The notes below the pieces were generated by a model, which did not search any database, was not told the DNA's origin, and saw nothing but the letters and a program-made list of their open reading frames with translations. From a virus, in the IMG/VR virus record IMGVR_UViG_3300046780_000733: a stretch of DNA of 64,000 bases; one strand, given 5' to 3'. The position numbers and the translations under genes are program-made. This document shows, piece by piece, positions 36,964 to 46,537 of the stretch; positions within the stretch are counted from its first letter, which is position 1, and each line of letters starts with the position of its first letter.

Positions 36964-37458
36964 GTGAAAGCACCGAAAGAGTTCCCCTTGCCGTGGAAGC
37001 CGTACGACGCGCAAGGAATCCATGATTCACCAGGATACATCGTCGCCTACTGCGATGCGATGCGAAACAGCGAACTTCGCGACTACGCGGTTCACGCAGC
37101 CAACAACTACCCGAGGGCCGTCAAACTCCTTGGAGAGTCGCTCTATATTCTTCAGCACGTCGATATCGTCGGCGAGAAACTCAAGGAAGACATCGTGGCG
37201 TTCCTGAAGGATGTCGGCGACCTTCCGGAAGACGCGAATCCGAAGTTCTTCAGGGCATTTGCAGAGGAGTCTGACCGATATTCGCGCGCCGACATCGAGG
37301 CCATCATTGACACAGTGGTCAAGAAAACGGTCAGCGAGTTCTGGAATCAGCCGATCCAGCCAAACGTAGGAGCCTCACGTCTCATGTTTGACGGGCAACC
37401 GATCACCATGACTCTCTCGACTCAGGAAGTCAACAAGGAGACTGACAAAGATGCCTAA
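36964..37458 (+). CDS. Hypothetical protein
   Basis: PLPW..Y.VHAAN.Y pattern; AGGAG RBS. Confidence 0.55.
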   Translation: MKAPKEFPLPWKPYDAQGIHDSPGYIVAYCDAMRNSELRDYAVHAANNYPRAVKLLGESLYILQHVDIVGEKLKEDIVAFLKDVGDLPEDANPKFFRAFAEESDRYSRADIEAIIDTVVKKTVSEFWNQPIQPNVGASRLMFDGQPITMTLSTQEVNKETDKDA

Positions 37459-37702
37459 GCCACGTTTCTACTGGCGCAAAGGATGGGGGTACGAAGGCCG
37501 CATGCGGCTTGTTCCGTCGTTCGAGTGCCGATTGGACCGCAGGAAGATTGCCACTGTCCAGCAGGGCGAGAGCCCAGATCAATGGTACTGGTACGGCGGC
37601 GGGTACAACTCGCTCTCCAATGGCGGCAGTTACCAGTCGCTGGAAGACTGCAAGAAGGGCGTGATCGAGGAGTACACGAAGAACCCATGGGAGATATTCT
37701 GA
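37451..37702 (+). CDS. Hypothetical protein
   Basis: AAGGAG RBS; coupled ORF. Confidence 0.5.
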   Translation: MPKPRFYWRKGWGYEGRMRLVPSFECRLDRRKIATVQQGESPDQWYWYGGGYNSLSNGGSYQSLEDCKKGVIEEYTKNPWEIF

Positions 37703-37835
37703 TGACCTGCGACCATCACCCTGACGTATTGACTCTAGAGAATGCCCGCAGGCTCGCCTTGAGCACCGGCTGCCAAGAGGGGTCGCTATTGCACCAAAAG
37801 AGGATTCGCGACGCCTACAAAACATTGGCCGGCGG

Positions 37836-38495
37836 GTGCTACCCTGTGTCGCTGAAACAGTGTCTGGCCGACATGAACGCCGCAATCGCCGCCAGGGAGG
37901 CCAAAGAGTGCAGGCAACTGAATCCATAGAGGATTTCGCGGAGTCCCGAGGGATCGGGGTCGGGCTCGCTGGACTTGTTGTGGCGGAACTCTGGCTCCGC
38001 AGTCGTCCACCGTTCGTCCCGACCGATGACGAAACACGGGTTCTCGATCGGCACCCTGGGGCCGAATGCCGATACGCCAGCTACTTCTCGAAATACTACG
38101 CTGAGATATGGATAGACTGCCAAGTTGCGTCCAGGGCTCGCACGGAAGCCAAGGCGTGGTCCAAGGCGCTCGCGTGGATCAACGATGCCTGGATGAGAGA
38201 CGAGACGCCTCCAGTGGTCCCACAAGGACCACCCGCGCTCGCGGATACATTGTCAAAGATCGTCGATCCGTCAGCCTCCATGGTTCCGATCAGCGCCAAG
38301 GCCATAGAGGTCCTCCGCGGCCAAAAGCCTATGTCTGCAAGGCAAGTATCTCTTGCACTGTGGGGCACGGTCAGCAAAGCGATGGCGGCTCGCAAAGTTC
38401 TCGGGAAGCTCAGGGCAGACGGACTCGTGTCCAGAGCAGGCGTCAAAGGGAGAGTCCGATGGAGGCTCGCCGATGGGGAAGGATTACACGCGTAG
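37836..38495 (+). CDS. Protein with a C-terminal winged-helix domain (start uncertain)
   Basis: PMSARQVS..L..ARKVL.KL..DGLV.R..RWRL. Confidence 0.5.
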   Translation: MLPCVAETVSGRHERRNRRQGGQRVQATESIEDFAESRGIGVGLAGLVVAELWLRSRPPFVPTDDETRVLDRHPGAECRYASYFSKYYAEIWIDCQVASRARTEAKAWSKALAWINDAWMRDETPPVVPQGPPALADTLSKIVDPSASMVPISAKAIEVLRGQKPMSARQVSLALWGTVSKAMAARKVLGKLRADGLVSRAGVKGRVRWRLADGEGLHA

Positions 38496-38827
38496 GATGT
38501 GCGAATCTCGATTCAAAATCCTGGGGGTCATGGACGCCGCACAGGACATCCAGGACGCCGATCTGTGGGAGTCGATGGCGCAGGCGATGCACGAAGCCCT
38601 CAACGCCTACAAGCCAGGGCCTGCCGAGGTGCCGACGGTCGCAGAGGCCGTTGTTGACATGACCGATCTCGGGGCAATGATGTGGGAGGGAACATGCTTG
38701 TGAACGACCTACGATCGATCGCTGTGCTGATCGGTGGAACCCGGCGGCGTCGCCATTCTTCTCTGCAATCAAAACGGCTCTGGTACGCTCAATATCGACA
38801 GGCGAGATTCGCCAGGAGGATGCTAGG

Positions 38828-39718
38828 ATGATCGAGATTCCTCGAGAAAACACAAGTTACGAACACGTGCTCCGATCCATCTTGGATTACGGCGAGAAGG
38901 TGCCAACCGGCACATTCCTGGAGAAAGAGCAGAGGCAACCGCATGCGATCTCGTTGGTCGGCGTCCAGTTTATCCACGACCTGCGCACTGGGTTCCCGGC
39001 GATCACGACCAAGAAACTCCAGTGGGTCTCGGTGGTCAAGGAACTTCTGTGGTTCCTTCGCGGGGACACCAACATCGGAACCCTCGGATGCGGCATCTGG
39101 AACCAGTGGGCCGACAAGCGTGGAAACGTCGGACCCGTGTACGGATACCAGTGGCGTAGATGGGAGTACGAGGACGGACCGCACGACTACAAGGACTGGG
39201 ACCAGATCGGACGCCTGGTTGATGACCTCAAGAGAGTCCACGAGAACCCATTCGATCGTTCTCGACGCCGGCTGGTTGTCTCGGCCTGGAACGCACCCGA
39301 TGTGCCCAAGATGGGGCTAGCCCCGTGCCACACACTTTGGCAGGTGCTACCCGTAAACGGCCGCCTTGACATGATCTGCCACTGGCGATCCATAGACATG
39401 TTTTTCGGATTCCCTTTTAATCTCGCGAGCTACGCTCTCTTGAACCACATCCTGTGCGAGGTCACAGGATTGACTCCAGGAGTGATCTACATGCACATCG
39501 CCGACTGCCACATCTACGACAACCAGGTCGAGGCGGTCCTAGAGCAGATCGACCGCGAGCCTCTGCCGTGGCCTAACCTGACCGTCTACGGGGCAGTCAA
39601 GAGCCTGGCTCCGGACCTGTCGGTGGACCAGTGCCGTCTCCTTGTGCCAGAGATGTTCGCGTTGAATGACTACCAGCACTACGGGCCGCTGAAATCAGCA
39701 CCGGAGATCGCCGTATGA
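38828..39718 (+). CDS. thyA: Thymidylate synthase
   Basis: FP.ITTKK, ELLWFLRG.TN, GPVYGYQWR, SRR..VSAWN, LAPCH, RS.D.F.G.PFN.ASYA, HIY.N. Confidence 0.95.
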   Translation: MIEIPRENTSYEHVLRSILDYGEKVPTGTFLEKEQRQPHAISLVGVQFIHDLRTGFPAITTKKLQWVSVVKELLWFLRGDTNIGTLGCGIWNQWADKRGNVGPVYGYQWRRWEYEDGPHDYKDWDQIGRLVDDLKRVHENPFDRSRRRLVVSAWNAPDVPKMGLAPCHTLWQVLPVNGRLDMICHWRSIDMFFGFPFNLASYALLNHILCEVTGLTPGVIYMHIADCHIYDNQVEAVLEQIDREPLPWPNLTVYGAVKSLAPDLSVDQCRLLVPEMFALNDYQHYGPLKSAPEIAV

Positions 39719-40011
39719 GCGAGAAATCGACTGGCCATGTCGCCACAACCAAAGCGCAACGCGAGATCCTTCGCCACTCGCTGTTCGGATCGAGTCGGGC
39801 CAAGAAGCCGTTTCGCAACTATTTCTGCGAAACTGTTGGCGGTGAACACGAATCCGACATCGCCAAACTGATCGAACTCGGCCTCATGAAGCGAGGCCAC
39901 ACGATTAACGGAGGTCGCGACTACTATGTGCATGTGACCGAGGCGGGTGCCGCAGAGATAGACACCCTACTTCCGGAGGAGTGCGCGTCACGAAGATCTT
40001 CGACTTCCTGA
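39715..40011 (+). CDS. Hypothetical winged-helix-like protein
   Basis: ILRH.L..FRNYF..L.ELGLM..HVTEAG. Confidence 0.5.
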   Translation: MSEKSTGHVATTKAQREILRHSLFGSSRAKKPFRNYFCETVGGEHESDIAKLIELGLMKRGHTINGGRDYYVHVTEAGAAEIDTLLPEECASRRSSTS

Positions 40012-40311
40012 AGCGATCGAAGCCAAACAACGTGCCCCAGGATCTGACCAACGACGTTCCCCAAGACCTATCCAAGGACTTCGTATACGTGGGTGGCCCC
40101 GACGATGGGCACTCCATGGTTCCCCTGTGCAAACTGACGCGACACAGTTGGGTTATTTCGGACAGCGGAACCAGGTACTACGTGTACGAGACCGTACCTG
40201 GCAACAGGCTGCGGTTCATCGGGTACGCGGGCAAAGTTGGCGAGATGCCTGTTGTTGTTGGTTCCTAAGAAGCATGCAACACTCAACCGTTTTTTCAAGG
40301 AGATTCTCAAG

Positions 40312-40575
40312 ATGAAGCGATTAGTTACAGAAGTGGAACGCGATGGGCTCGACAAACTCATCGGCGAAGAAGTCGTGCTGTTCTGCGCCGTCTACATTTA
40401 CGCCGGGAAATTGATCGGCGTCAACAACACCTGTGTTGCTCTCCAGGACGCGAAGATCGTCTACGAGACCGGGGCATTCTCGGACAAGACGTGGAAAGAC
40501 GCTCAGCCGCTTCCTTCCAAAGAATGGTTTGTGCAACTCGGAATGGTGGAAAGTTTCGCGGCCGTTGCCAAGTAA
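40312..40575 (+). CDS. Sm/LSm-like fold protein
   Basis: L..LIG..V......Y.GKL.GV....V.L.DA matches the Sm1 pattern; AAGGAG RBS. Confidence 0.55.
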   Translation: MKRLVTEVERDGLDKLIGEEVVLFCAVYIYAGKLIGVNNTCVALQDAKIVYETGAFSDKTWKDAQPLPSKEWFVQLGMVESFAAVAK

Positions 40576-40602
40576 CACACACAAGTACAGGAGGATGAAG
40601 CA

Positions 40603-40785
40603 GTGTTAGCAGTCAAGAAAAGAACAAGGTCGTGGTCTGGCTGGAAGGCGAGGTCGATGTCGAGGTCGATGTCGAGGTCGTGGTCGTGGTCTGGCGGGAA
40701 GGCGTGGTCGATGTCGGGGTCGATGTCGAGGTCGTGGTCGTGGTCGTGGTCGAGGTCGTGGTCGGTGGCGGGGTCGGGGTATTAA
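40603..40785 (+). CDS. Ser-Arg/Trp/Met dipeptide-repeat peptide
   Basis: GGAGG RBS 8 nt before GTG; TCG-(AGG/TGG/ATG/GGG) hexamer repeats; 54-nt duplication at 40633 and 40687. Confidence 0.55.
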   Translation: MLAVKKRTRSWSGWKARSMSRSMSRSWSWSGGKAWSMSGSMSRSWSWSWSRSWSVAGSGY

Positions 40786-41014
40786 CCCTCAGTTGATCCT
40801 GTGGCAGGAAGAAGTGACCCACGAGAACGCCCAGGGCGAAAACCATGACCAAACTGATCACCGGGTACGCCTGGTGTGCACGGAGCCACACGCGAGAAAC
40901 CGTGGCCTCGACGCCGAACACTCGCCATATCATCAGGTCGTACCCGATGATAGACATGGCCGTCATGGTCATGAACCCAACCGTAACCCATTGAATTTGG
41001 TTCGGATTCATCAA
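40613..41014 (-). CDS. Two-TM membrane protein (holin-like), antisense to its neighbours
   Basis: Two hydrophobic helices, TVSR..LVGHFF; GGAG RBS; tail reads through the repeat as poly-Thr/Ser. Confidence 0.5.
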   Translation of the reverse strand: MMNPNQIQWVTVGFMTMTAMSIIGYDLMIWRVFGVEATVSRVWLRAHQAYPVISLVMVFALGVLVGHFFLPQDQLRVNTPTPPPTTTSTTTTTTTSTSTPTSTTPSRQTTTTTSTSTSTSTSPSSQTTTLFFS

Positions 41015-41061
41015 TGGCTCCCAGGTCTGTCACCCTGAGAGCAAAAACGGAACACACTTTC

Positions 41062-41538
41062 ATGATCACGAGTTGGAGCGGAAGCATTCTGGATCGCAAG
41101 TTCGAGGCCCTCGTGAACCCCGTCAACTGCGTCGGGGTCTGCGGAGCTGGGTTGGCGGCTCAGTTCAAGGCCAAGTTCCCGCAGAACTTCGACCTGTACC
41201 GAAAGGAGTGCGAGGCAAAACGGATGATCCCCGGCCGAGTCTTTGTCACCAACGTGCCAGGGATCGGATCTGGTTACCCGGCGTGGATCATCAACTTCCC
41301 GACCAAACGGCACTGGAGAGACAAGTCGCTGCTCAAGGACATCAGCGACGGCCTTGACCACCTGGTCGAGGTGATCGAGATACTGGACCTTCGCGAGATC
41401 GCGATCCCCAGGCTGGGATGCGGGCTCGGTGGGCTTGACTGGCATGGGCAGGTTCGGCCACTCGTGGTAACCAAACTAGAGAAACGCAAGGTAGACATTC
41501 ATCTGTTTGAGCTGACGGGAGGAATCGGTGGGGTTTAG
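41062..41538 (+). CDS. Macrodomain protein (DarG/Poa1p-like)
   Basis: LVNPVNCVGVCGAGLA.QFK.KFP, IINFPTK.HWR, IAIP.LGCGLGGLDW. Confidence 0.88.
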   Translation: MITSWSGSILDRKFEALVNPVNCVGVCGAGLAAQFKAKFPQNFDLYRKECEAKRMIPGRVFVTNVPGIGSGYPAWIINFPTKRHWRDKSLLKDISDGLDHLVEVIEILDLREIAIPRLGCGLGGLDWHGQVRPLVVTKLEKRKVDIHLFELTGGIGGV

Positions 41539-41759
41539 CAGGGAAATCAACGTGTCGCTGGCTAGTTCTCGCGACGAGGGCAGTTGCAATGGATGCACGA
41601 GGTTCACGACACCAGACGGTATCGACGAACACATCGTGACTGTGATCAGTTTGAGACACGTGTCAATGCGTGTCTGCGACAATTGCATGGGCATTCTGCT
41701 AAAGAAACTATTCGAGTCCACAGCCAAGAAAAAACCCAAGACAAAAAACGGAGGAACCG

Positions 41760-41975
41760 GTGCTGCTGAATCTTGAGACGATATGCCCGACATGCAATGG
41801 GATGGGCAGAATCCATCTCCCTGGATCAACAAGCGTCGTGGACTGCGAGAACTGCCACGGCACAGGCGTGGTTCCAAACAATGACGGAAACGCGATCATC
41901 GAGTTCCTGAACCGGCACTGGAGACCGACTATTCGGTCAGAGATCGTTCACCCTGGACCACTGAGGATCACTTGA
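41760..41975 (+). CDS. CxxCxGxG zinc-finger protein
   Basis: CPTCNGMG..CENCHGTG. Confidence 0.6.
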   Translation: MLLNLETICPTCNGMGRIHLPGSTSVVDCENCHGTGVVPNNDGNAIIEFLNRHWRPTIRSEIVHPGPLRIT

Positions 41976-42233
41976 TCAAGAATTTCGAGACCTTTCTGAG
42001 GACGAGCGAAGCAAATCTGGTGAACGATCGCCACAGAGCGGCGCTCCGGGTGTGCGAGTTGATATTTGGATCGATAGCGGACGGAGGAACAGCGTACGAC
42101 ACGTGGCCAGAGATCGAACGGCTTGCGTTTTTCGCCGTCGGACGCGATATTGAGTATAAGCGGATCATCAAGGAACGCGAAGAAATGGCCCAGAGACTCG
42201 AATGGCAGTACGGACTGCTAAAAGGAGAACGAA

Positions 42234-42524
42234 ATGCTGTCTTTGATTCTAGCCGTGGCCCTGACCACCCAGACACCCTCGGACAGGATTCGCACCCGGG
42301 TCACCCCGAAGCCTCACCAGACCCAGACACAACGAGAGAAGGAACGCGATGCCAGACTCAGGCAGGGGTTCGGGATGGCGCACCGCGGGAAGATGAGACC
42401 GATCGATCCCCGAAGGAGGCCAATGATAGCGAAAATCAGGCCGACCCGCGAATACTACAAACTGAGACTCTCGCCTTCTGAGGCCGTGTATTTCATGCAA
42501 ACTCACCCGTGGCTCTGGAGATGA
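42234..42524 (+). CDS. Secreted basic protein
   Basis: MLSLILAVAL start; AAAGGAG RBS. Confidence 0.5.
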   Translation: MLSLILAVALTTQTPSDRIRTRVTPKPHQTQTQREKERDARLRQGFGMAHRGKMRPIDPRRRPMIAKIRPTREYYKLRLSPSEAVYFMQTHPWLWR

Positions 42525-42528
42525 ACGA

Positions 42529-42747
42529 ATGCCAATTGCGCATCACCACGCGGTAACCCGAACGGCCAGAGAAGGAGATCAGATAACCAAGTTCTGCTAC
42601 TGCGGAACACAACTGTGCGGTAAGCCAACTGTAAACGATGGATGGGCTTCCCCTGCCTCGTGCACCCTCGTCTTCGGCCACTTTGGACTGTGTCGAAATA
42701 CGTTTCGCGATGCGATGGAGGAAGTTGATGCCAGTGACTCCGATTGA
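42529..42747 (+). CDS. Cys/His-rich protein (paralog A)
   Basis: HHH..C.CG..LCG..GW..C.LV.GH.G.CRNTF. Confidence 0.55.
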   Translation: MPIAHHHAVTRTAREGDQITKFCYCGTQLCGKPTVNDGWASPASCTLVFGHFGLCRNTFRDAMEEVDASDSD

Positions 42748-42961
42748 TCAGCGTCAAGTTCATACCGTCCATCACCACATGCGCAGCAAGAGTGTGGGGA
42801 ACAACTTGGACGCCGCGTGGCTCTGCGGGTGCGGGGCAGAACTATGCGGCCATGGGGTTTGGAAGGCGGGGTGGTCCGAGGCCTGCTGCAACCTGGTCAG
42901 CGGCCATCCAGGTCCATGTCGAAACACGTTTCAGGAGGGACCACGTGTCCCCGGTTCCTGA
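42728..42961 (+). CDS. Cys/His-rich protein (paralog B)
   Basis: Same motif series; GGAGG RBS. Confidence 0.55.
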   Translation: MPVTPIDQRQVHTVHHHMRSKSVGNNLDAAWLCGCGAELCGHGVWKAGWSEACCNLVSGHPGPCRNTFQEGPRVPGS

Positions 42962-43164
42962 AACGTCGAGGCTTGGGTCGCCAGCGGTTGACCATGCACT
43001 CCCCGAGTGCCTGAGCCATCGCCTCGGCGTCCGATGGAACGTCTGACGCAGACGCTTGCTCCATCTTGCGGTTGGCTGATTCAAGTAGGTTCGCGAACTC
43101 TGGTGACGAGTAGTACATGACTGTGCCTCCACCACGAGTCCGATTAAGGAATCGAGGAGAAACC

Positions 43165-43851
43165 GTGAAAGATCGTCGTGAACGTCCGATTGTGTTCGCG
43201 GCCCACGAAGTGAGAGCCGTCTTGAAGGGGCGTAAGACGCAGGCGCGGCGGATTGTTAGCCCGCAACCTGAGTATGACCCATTTCTGCTTGAACACGCCG
43301 ATCGCCACCGATGGAGCGACGGATTTGATTTCATCAAGTCTTGTCTGTTCGGCCAGCCCGGAGATCGTCTCTGGGTGCGTGAGACATGGGCAAAGGACAT
43401 TCCTGGGTGCGAGTCTCAATCTGGATTGTCGTATCGCGCCGATCATTTCGATCCCAAGGGCGACGGCCCAGCGAATCCCATGAAATGGCATCCTTCCACT
43501 CACATGCCTCGCTGGGCGTCCCGCATTATACTCGAAATCACCGACGTGCGGGTAGAGCGGTTGCAGGACATCGCCGAAGCGGATGCGATCGCGGAAGGAA
43601 TGCACGAATTCAAGGCAGACGGCAAGAGTTTCGGATTCGGCTATGACCCTCGCGGCACACCAGGACCGATGGTGAGCGACACCGCAACAGGAGCGTTCGC
43701 GCTTCTTTGGGAAACCACCAACGGAAAAAAAGACGGCTGCTCATGGGACGATTCACCATGGGTGTGGGTGATCTCGTTTCGCCGCATCGACAAAGGGAAT
43801 CCAGAAAATTCCCAAGATTCTACCTCGGTTGAGCCACAATGTCGGCGATAA
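43165..43851 (+). CDS. ASCH/PUA-like phage protein
   Basis: ERPI.F..V.A.L.GRKTQ.RR, GDRLWVRETW, W.PS.HMPRWASRI.LEITDVRVERLQDI, PWVWVISF. Confidence 0.85.
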   Translation: MKDRRERPIVFAAHEVRAVLKGRKTQARRIVSPQPEYDPFLLEHADRHRWSDGFDFIKSCLFGQPGDRLWVRETWAKDIPGCESQSGLSYRADHFDPKGDGPANPMKWHPSTHMPRWASRIILEITDVRVERLQDIAEADAIAEGMHEFKADGKSFGFGYDPRGTPGPMVSDTATGAFALLWETTNGKKDGCSWDDSPWVWVISFRRIDKGNPENSQDSTSVEPQCRR

Positions 43852-43907
43852 CACCATTGGGGGCTCGTGTTCAGCAAGGATCAGACCACCATCAGGAAGG
43901 CACAGAC

Positions 43908-44216
43908 ATGAGCGAAGACTTGCCGTCATGCCCGTTCTGCGGCGAAGAGGCGAAGTATCACCCAACCTTCAAGGAAAAATATCAAGTCGAGTGTTCGCGA
44001 TGCAAGATATTCATGTCTCTGAAGCAATGGAAACGCCGCACGCCAGGCCCCGCGACCAATCTGCTTCTAGAGCAATGGCGTAAAACGCGGTCCTTGCATC
44101 GATACGTCGGCATCCCAGATGAAATCGTTCGAGTTTATCCGAAAATCGTAGACGCCGTTCTCGAAGAGTTCGGCCGCACAATCGAGCCATGCGTTCCCCA
44201 GGAGGATATCAAATGA
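43908..44216 (+). CDS. Lar-like zinc-ribbon protein
   Basis: LPSCPFCG..VECSRC..WKRR. Confidence 0.55.
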   Translation: MSEDLPSCPFCGEEAKYHPTFKEKYQVECSRCKIFMSLKQWKRRTPGPATNLLLEQWRKTRSLHRYVGIPDEIVRVYPKIVDAVLEEFGRTIEPCVPQEDIK

Positions 44217-44487
44217 ACTGTCCATCGTGCAATAAGCCGCTCGATCTAGGGCTCACCGGCTACTACCCGTGCAAGTGCAAGCAAAATCCATCGCAGTCAT
44301 CCCATCCCCACACGTCGCACAACGATTACCTGGGGACAGGGACAACGATCGTGTCCAGCCTGGACACACTGGAGATCACGTCGATGGAGACAAACATCGG
44401 GCGTGTTGTCTTTACGAATCCCATGGTGATACCTGCCGGATTCCAAGGTTCGGTAGCGTATCGGAAGTCTTAACCAAAGGATCATCG

Positions 44488-44778
44488 ATGAACAAGACTC
44501 GACGAGACTTGATCCGTGACGCCGGCATCGTGTCAGTGATCCTTGGCGGACTGGCGACACTGCTTCCGAGGGGAGTGAAGGCGGCTGGCCCTGCCAGTGC
44601 GCCACTGTATGCGATCCAATTCAGAGCCCGCGGCAGCAACGACGAGTGGCGCACTGGAATCGTCATCCATAAGAGCCTGGCAGATGCAGAGAATTGGCTC
44701 TCACCCACGTCATGGATCTTGCTTGAGCCCAGGATCGTCAAGCTCCAAATCGCGGGGGTAGCCAAGGAGTACGCATGA
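44488..44778 (+). CDS. Twin-arginine signal protein A
   Basis: TRRDLI, hydrophobic helix, VKA; YAIQFR..EW. Confidence 0.6.
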   Translation: MNKTRRDLIRDAGIVSVILGGLATLLPRGVKAAGPASAPLYAIQFRARGSNDEWRTGIVIHKSLADAENWLSPTSWILLEPRIVKLQIAGVAKEYA

Positions 44779-45068
44779 ACATAGGCCGCCGCGAGGTGAT
44801 CCGCGATGCCGCGGTCATCTCGGTTGCACTCGTTGCGGGAGCATCGGGGGCGAAGCTGTCCCCAAAGACAACAACCAAGGAACCGTTCTACGCGATCCAG
44901 TACCGCAACCGGGCCGCTGGAGGCGAGTGGACGTCGTCGCCGAAGATCTACGACAGCCAAAGGAAGGCCGAGATCGGCTACGCCATGGTAACCCAGATGT
45001 TCGAGTTGCACTGCGACGTCCGATTGGTCGAGGTCGAGATCACCAAGATTGTGAAGGAGACACCGTGA
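44775..45068 (+). CDS. Twin-arginine signal protein B (paralog of A)
   Basis: GRREVI, hydrophobic helix; YAIQYR..EW. Confidence 0.6.
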   Translation: MNIGRREVIRDAAVISVALVAGASGAKLSPKTTTKEPFYAIQYRNRAAGGEWTSSPKIYDSQRKAEIGYAMVTQMFELHCDVRLVEVEITKIVKETP

Positions 45069-45424
45069 GCGATGATGTAAGCTACGGCACGCCGTCAATC
45101 ACCACCATTGAGTACCGGAGGCTCCGCTCATTCGGCTCCTACGAGAACGAGGCACTCGGGGCGACAGCGGTTGTCGGGGCAGACGGACCGGAAGCGACAC
45201 TTGAGCACCTCAAGGCCTGGGTCAACGAAAAACTGGAGCTGGCCGTAGATAGCCGCGAGGAACGCAGCGAACTTTGGTCTCAGATCCGGGACGCCCGCAG
45301 CGACCTTGGCGAGATCAACGAGAAATTGGACGCCGCCAAGGCGAGGTTCGAGCGAGCCAAGGAGTTCCTGGCCAAGCACGGGGTCCACGCCGACTTTAGT
45401 TATGCCGAAGACATGCCTTTCTGA
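45065..45424 (+). CDS. Hypothetical coiled-coil protein
   Basis: GTG after AAGGAG; IEY.RL...G.YENE, DMPF end. Confidence 0.55.
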   Translation: MSDDVSYGTPSITTIEYRRLRSFGSYENEALGATAVVGADGPEATLEHLKAWVNEKLELAVDSREERSELWSQIRDARSDLGEINEKLDAAKARFERAKEFLAKHGVHADFSYAEDMPF

Positions 45425-45691
45425 GGCCACCAATGAGACTAACCTTTGTCCAGAACCAAGCCCGACGAGGATGCAGAGACGAATGGACCGTCTCGGCCCA
45501 CGGCGTCGGCCGCAAAGGAATCGGGAAAACACAGTCGGACGCCGTGGACGCGTTGATCCGAGCCAACCCAGGTGACTTCAACATCACCGAGTGGAAGGTG
45601 GACACCGACCACGAGCCTAAGGACACATTGTGGGTTTCCCGCGAACGCACCCATGATCAAGGCGATGGAATCTAAACCGAGGAGGAACGCG

Positions 45692-46027
45692 ATGAATCGA
45701 CGTCGTTTTGTTGGCAGGATTTCCGGTATCGTGGCGGCCGGGGCAATAACCCTGGGAGTCAAGACCTCACCCGCGGTCTACCCTGGGTGCTTCAAGGCGA
45801 TCGGGCAAAACATCGGCCCCGAGCACGCCCCGGCGATAAACGCCGCCGACACATTGATACTCCGCGATTGCAACGTGTCGCTGCCAGAGTGTCTTCGGCT
45901 GACACAGAAGCACGTCGAGATAACAGGATGCAGTTTCACCGCGCCGGTGTCTGGGAAAACGGTTCCCCGGGGCGGCACCATGCTGATCAGAAATTGCACA
46001 CTTGTGGCAAACAGGAGAACGGCATGA
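45692..46027 (+). CDS. Twin-arginine signal protein C
   Basis: MNRRRFVG..AAGA; GGAGG RBS. Confidence 0.55.
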   Translation: MNRRRFVGRISGIVAAGAITLGVKTSPAVYPGCFKAIGQNIGPEHAPAINAADTLILRDCNVSLPECLRLTQKHVEITGCSFTAPVSGKTVPRGGTMLIRNCTLVANRRTA

Positions 46028-46228
46028 TCGTCGTGCTGGTCGTCAAGGTCGATGTCAAGAACGACCGAATGAGTATCGCCACCCATACCAATGGGATGGC
46101 GATTCACGCCGCCGAGAACACCGTCCACGACGCCATCTGTAAGCACTCGTCCGAGGACGAATTCGAGTTGATCGATGTCAGCGTGGACAAAGCACAGACT
46201 GTCGCGGAGAACATCCTGTGAGGATGCC

Positions 46229-46537
46229 ATGATCATCAAAAGCCAGCAAGAACTTCGGTCTGCCAAAGCCAAACTCGACGACATCTATGCCAGACTAGAC
46301 TCTGGCTCATGGACGTTTGGCAGCCATGCACCTGTCATTCACGAGATAGATGAAGCCATCAAAACCTACGAGTTTATGACGGCACCGAAGCCATGGGAGC
46401 ACAAACAGGTGTTCCTGCCCGAAGACGCAAGCGTGTAGTATACGCTGAACGAGTACGGGGACCAAGGATGGGAGTTGTGCTGGCTCGACCTCGACCACAT
46501 GCTCGCCTACTTCAAACGACCCAAGGTGAATCCATGA
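46229..46537 (+). pseudogene. DUF4177-like gene interrupted by an in-frame TAG (46436-46438)
   Basis: WEHKQV..*YTLNEYGDQGWEL..YFKRP; the distal TGA overlaps the next ATG. Confidence 0.65.

Noticed and set aside
38828-39718. Base-modifying hydroxymethylase
   Set aside because: Keeps the dUMP-specifying Asn (PFN) and canonical ThyA motifs; no modification cluster nearby.
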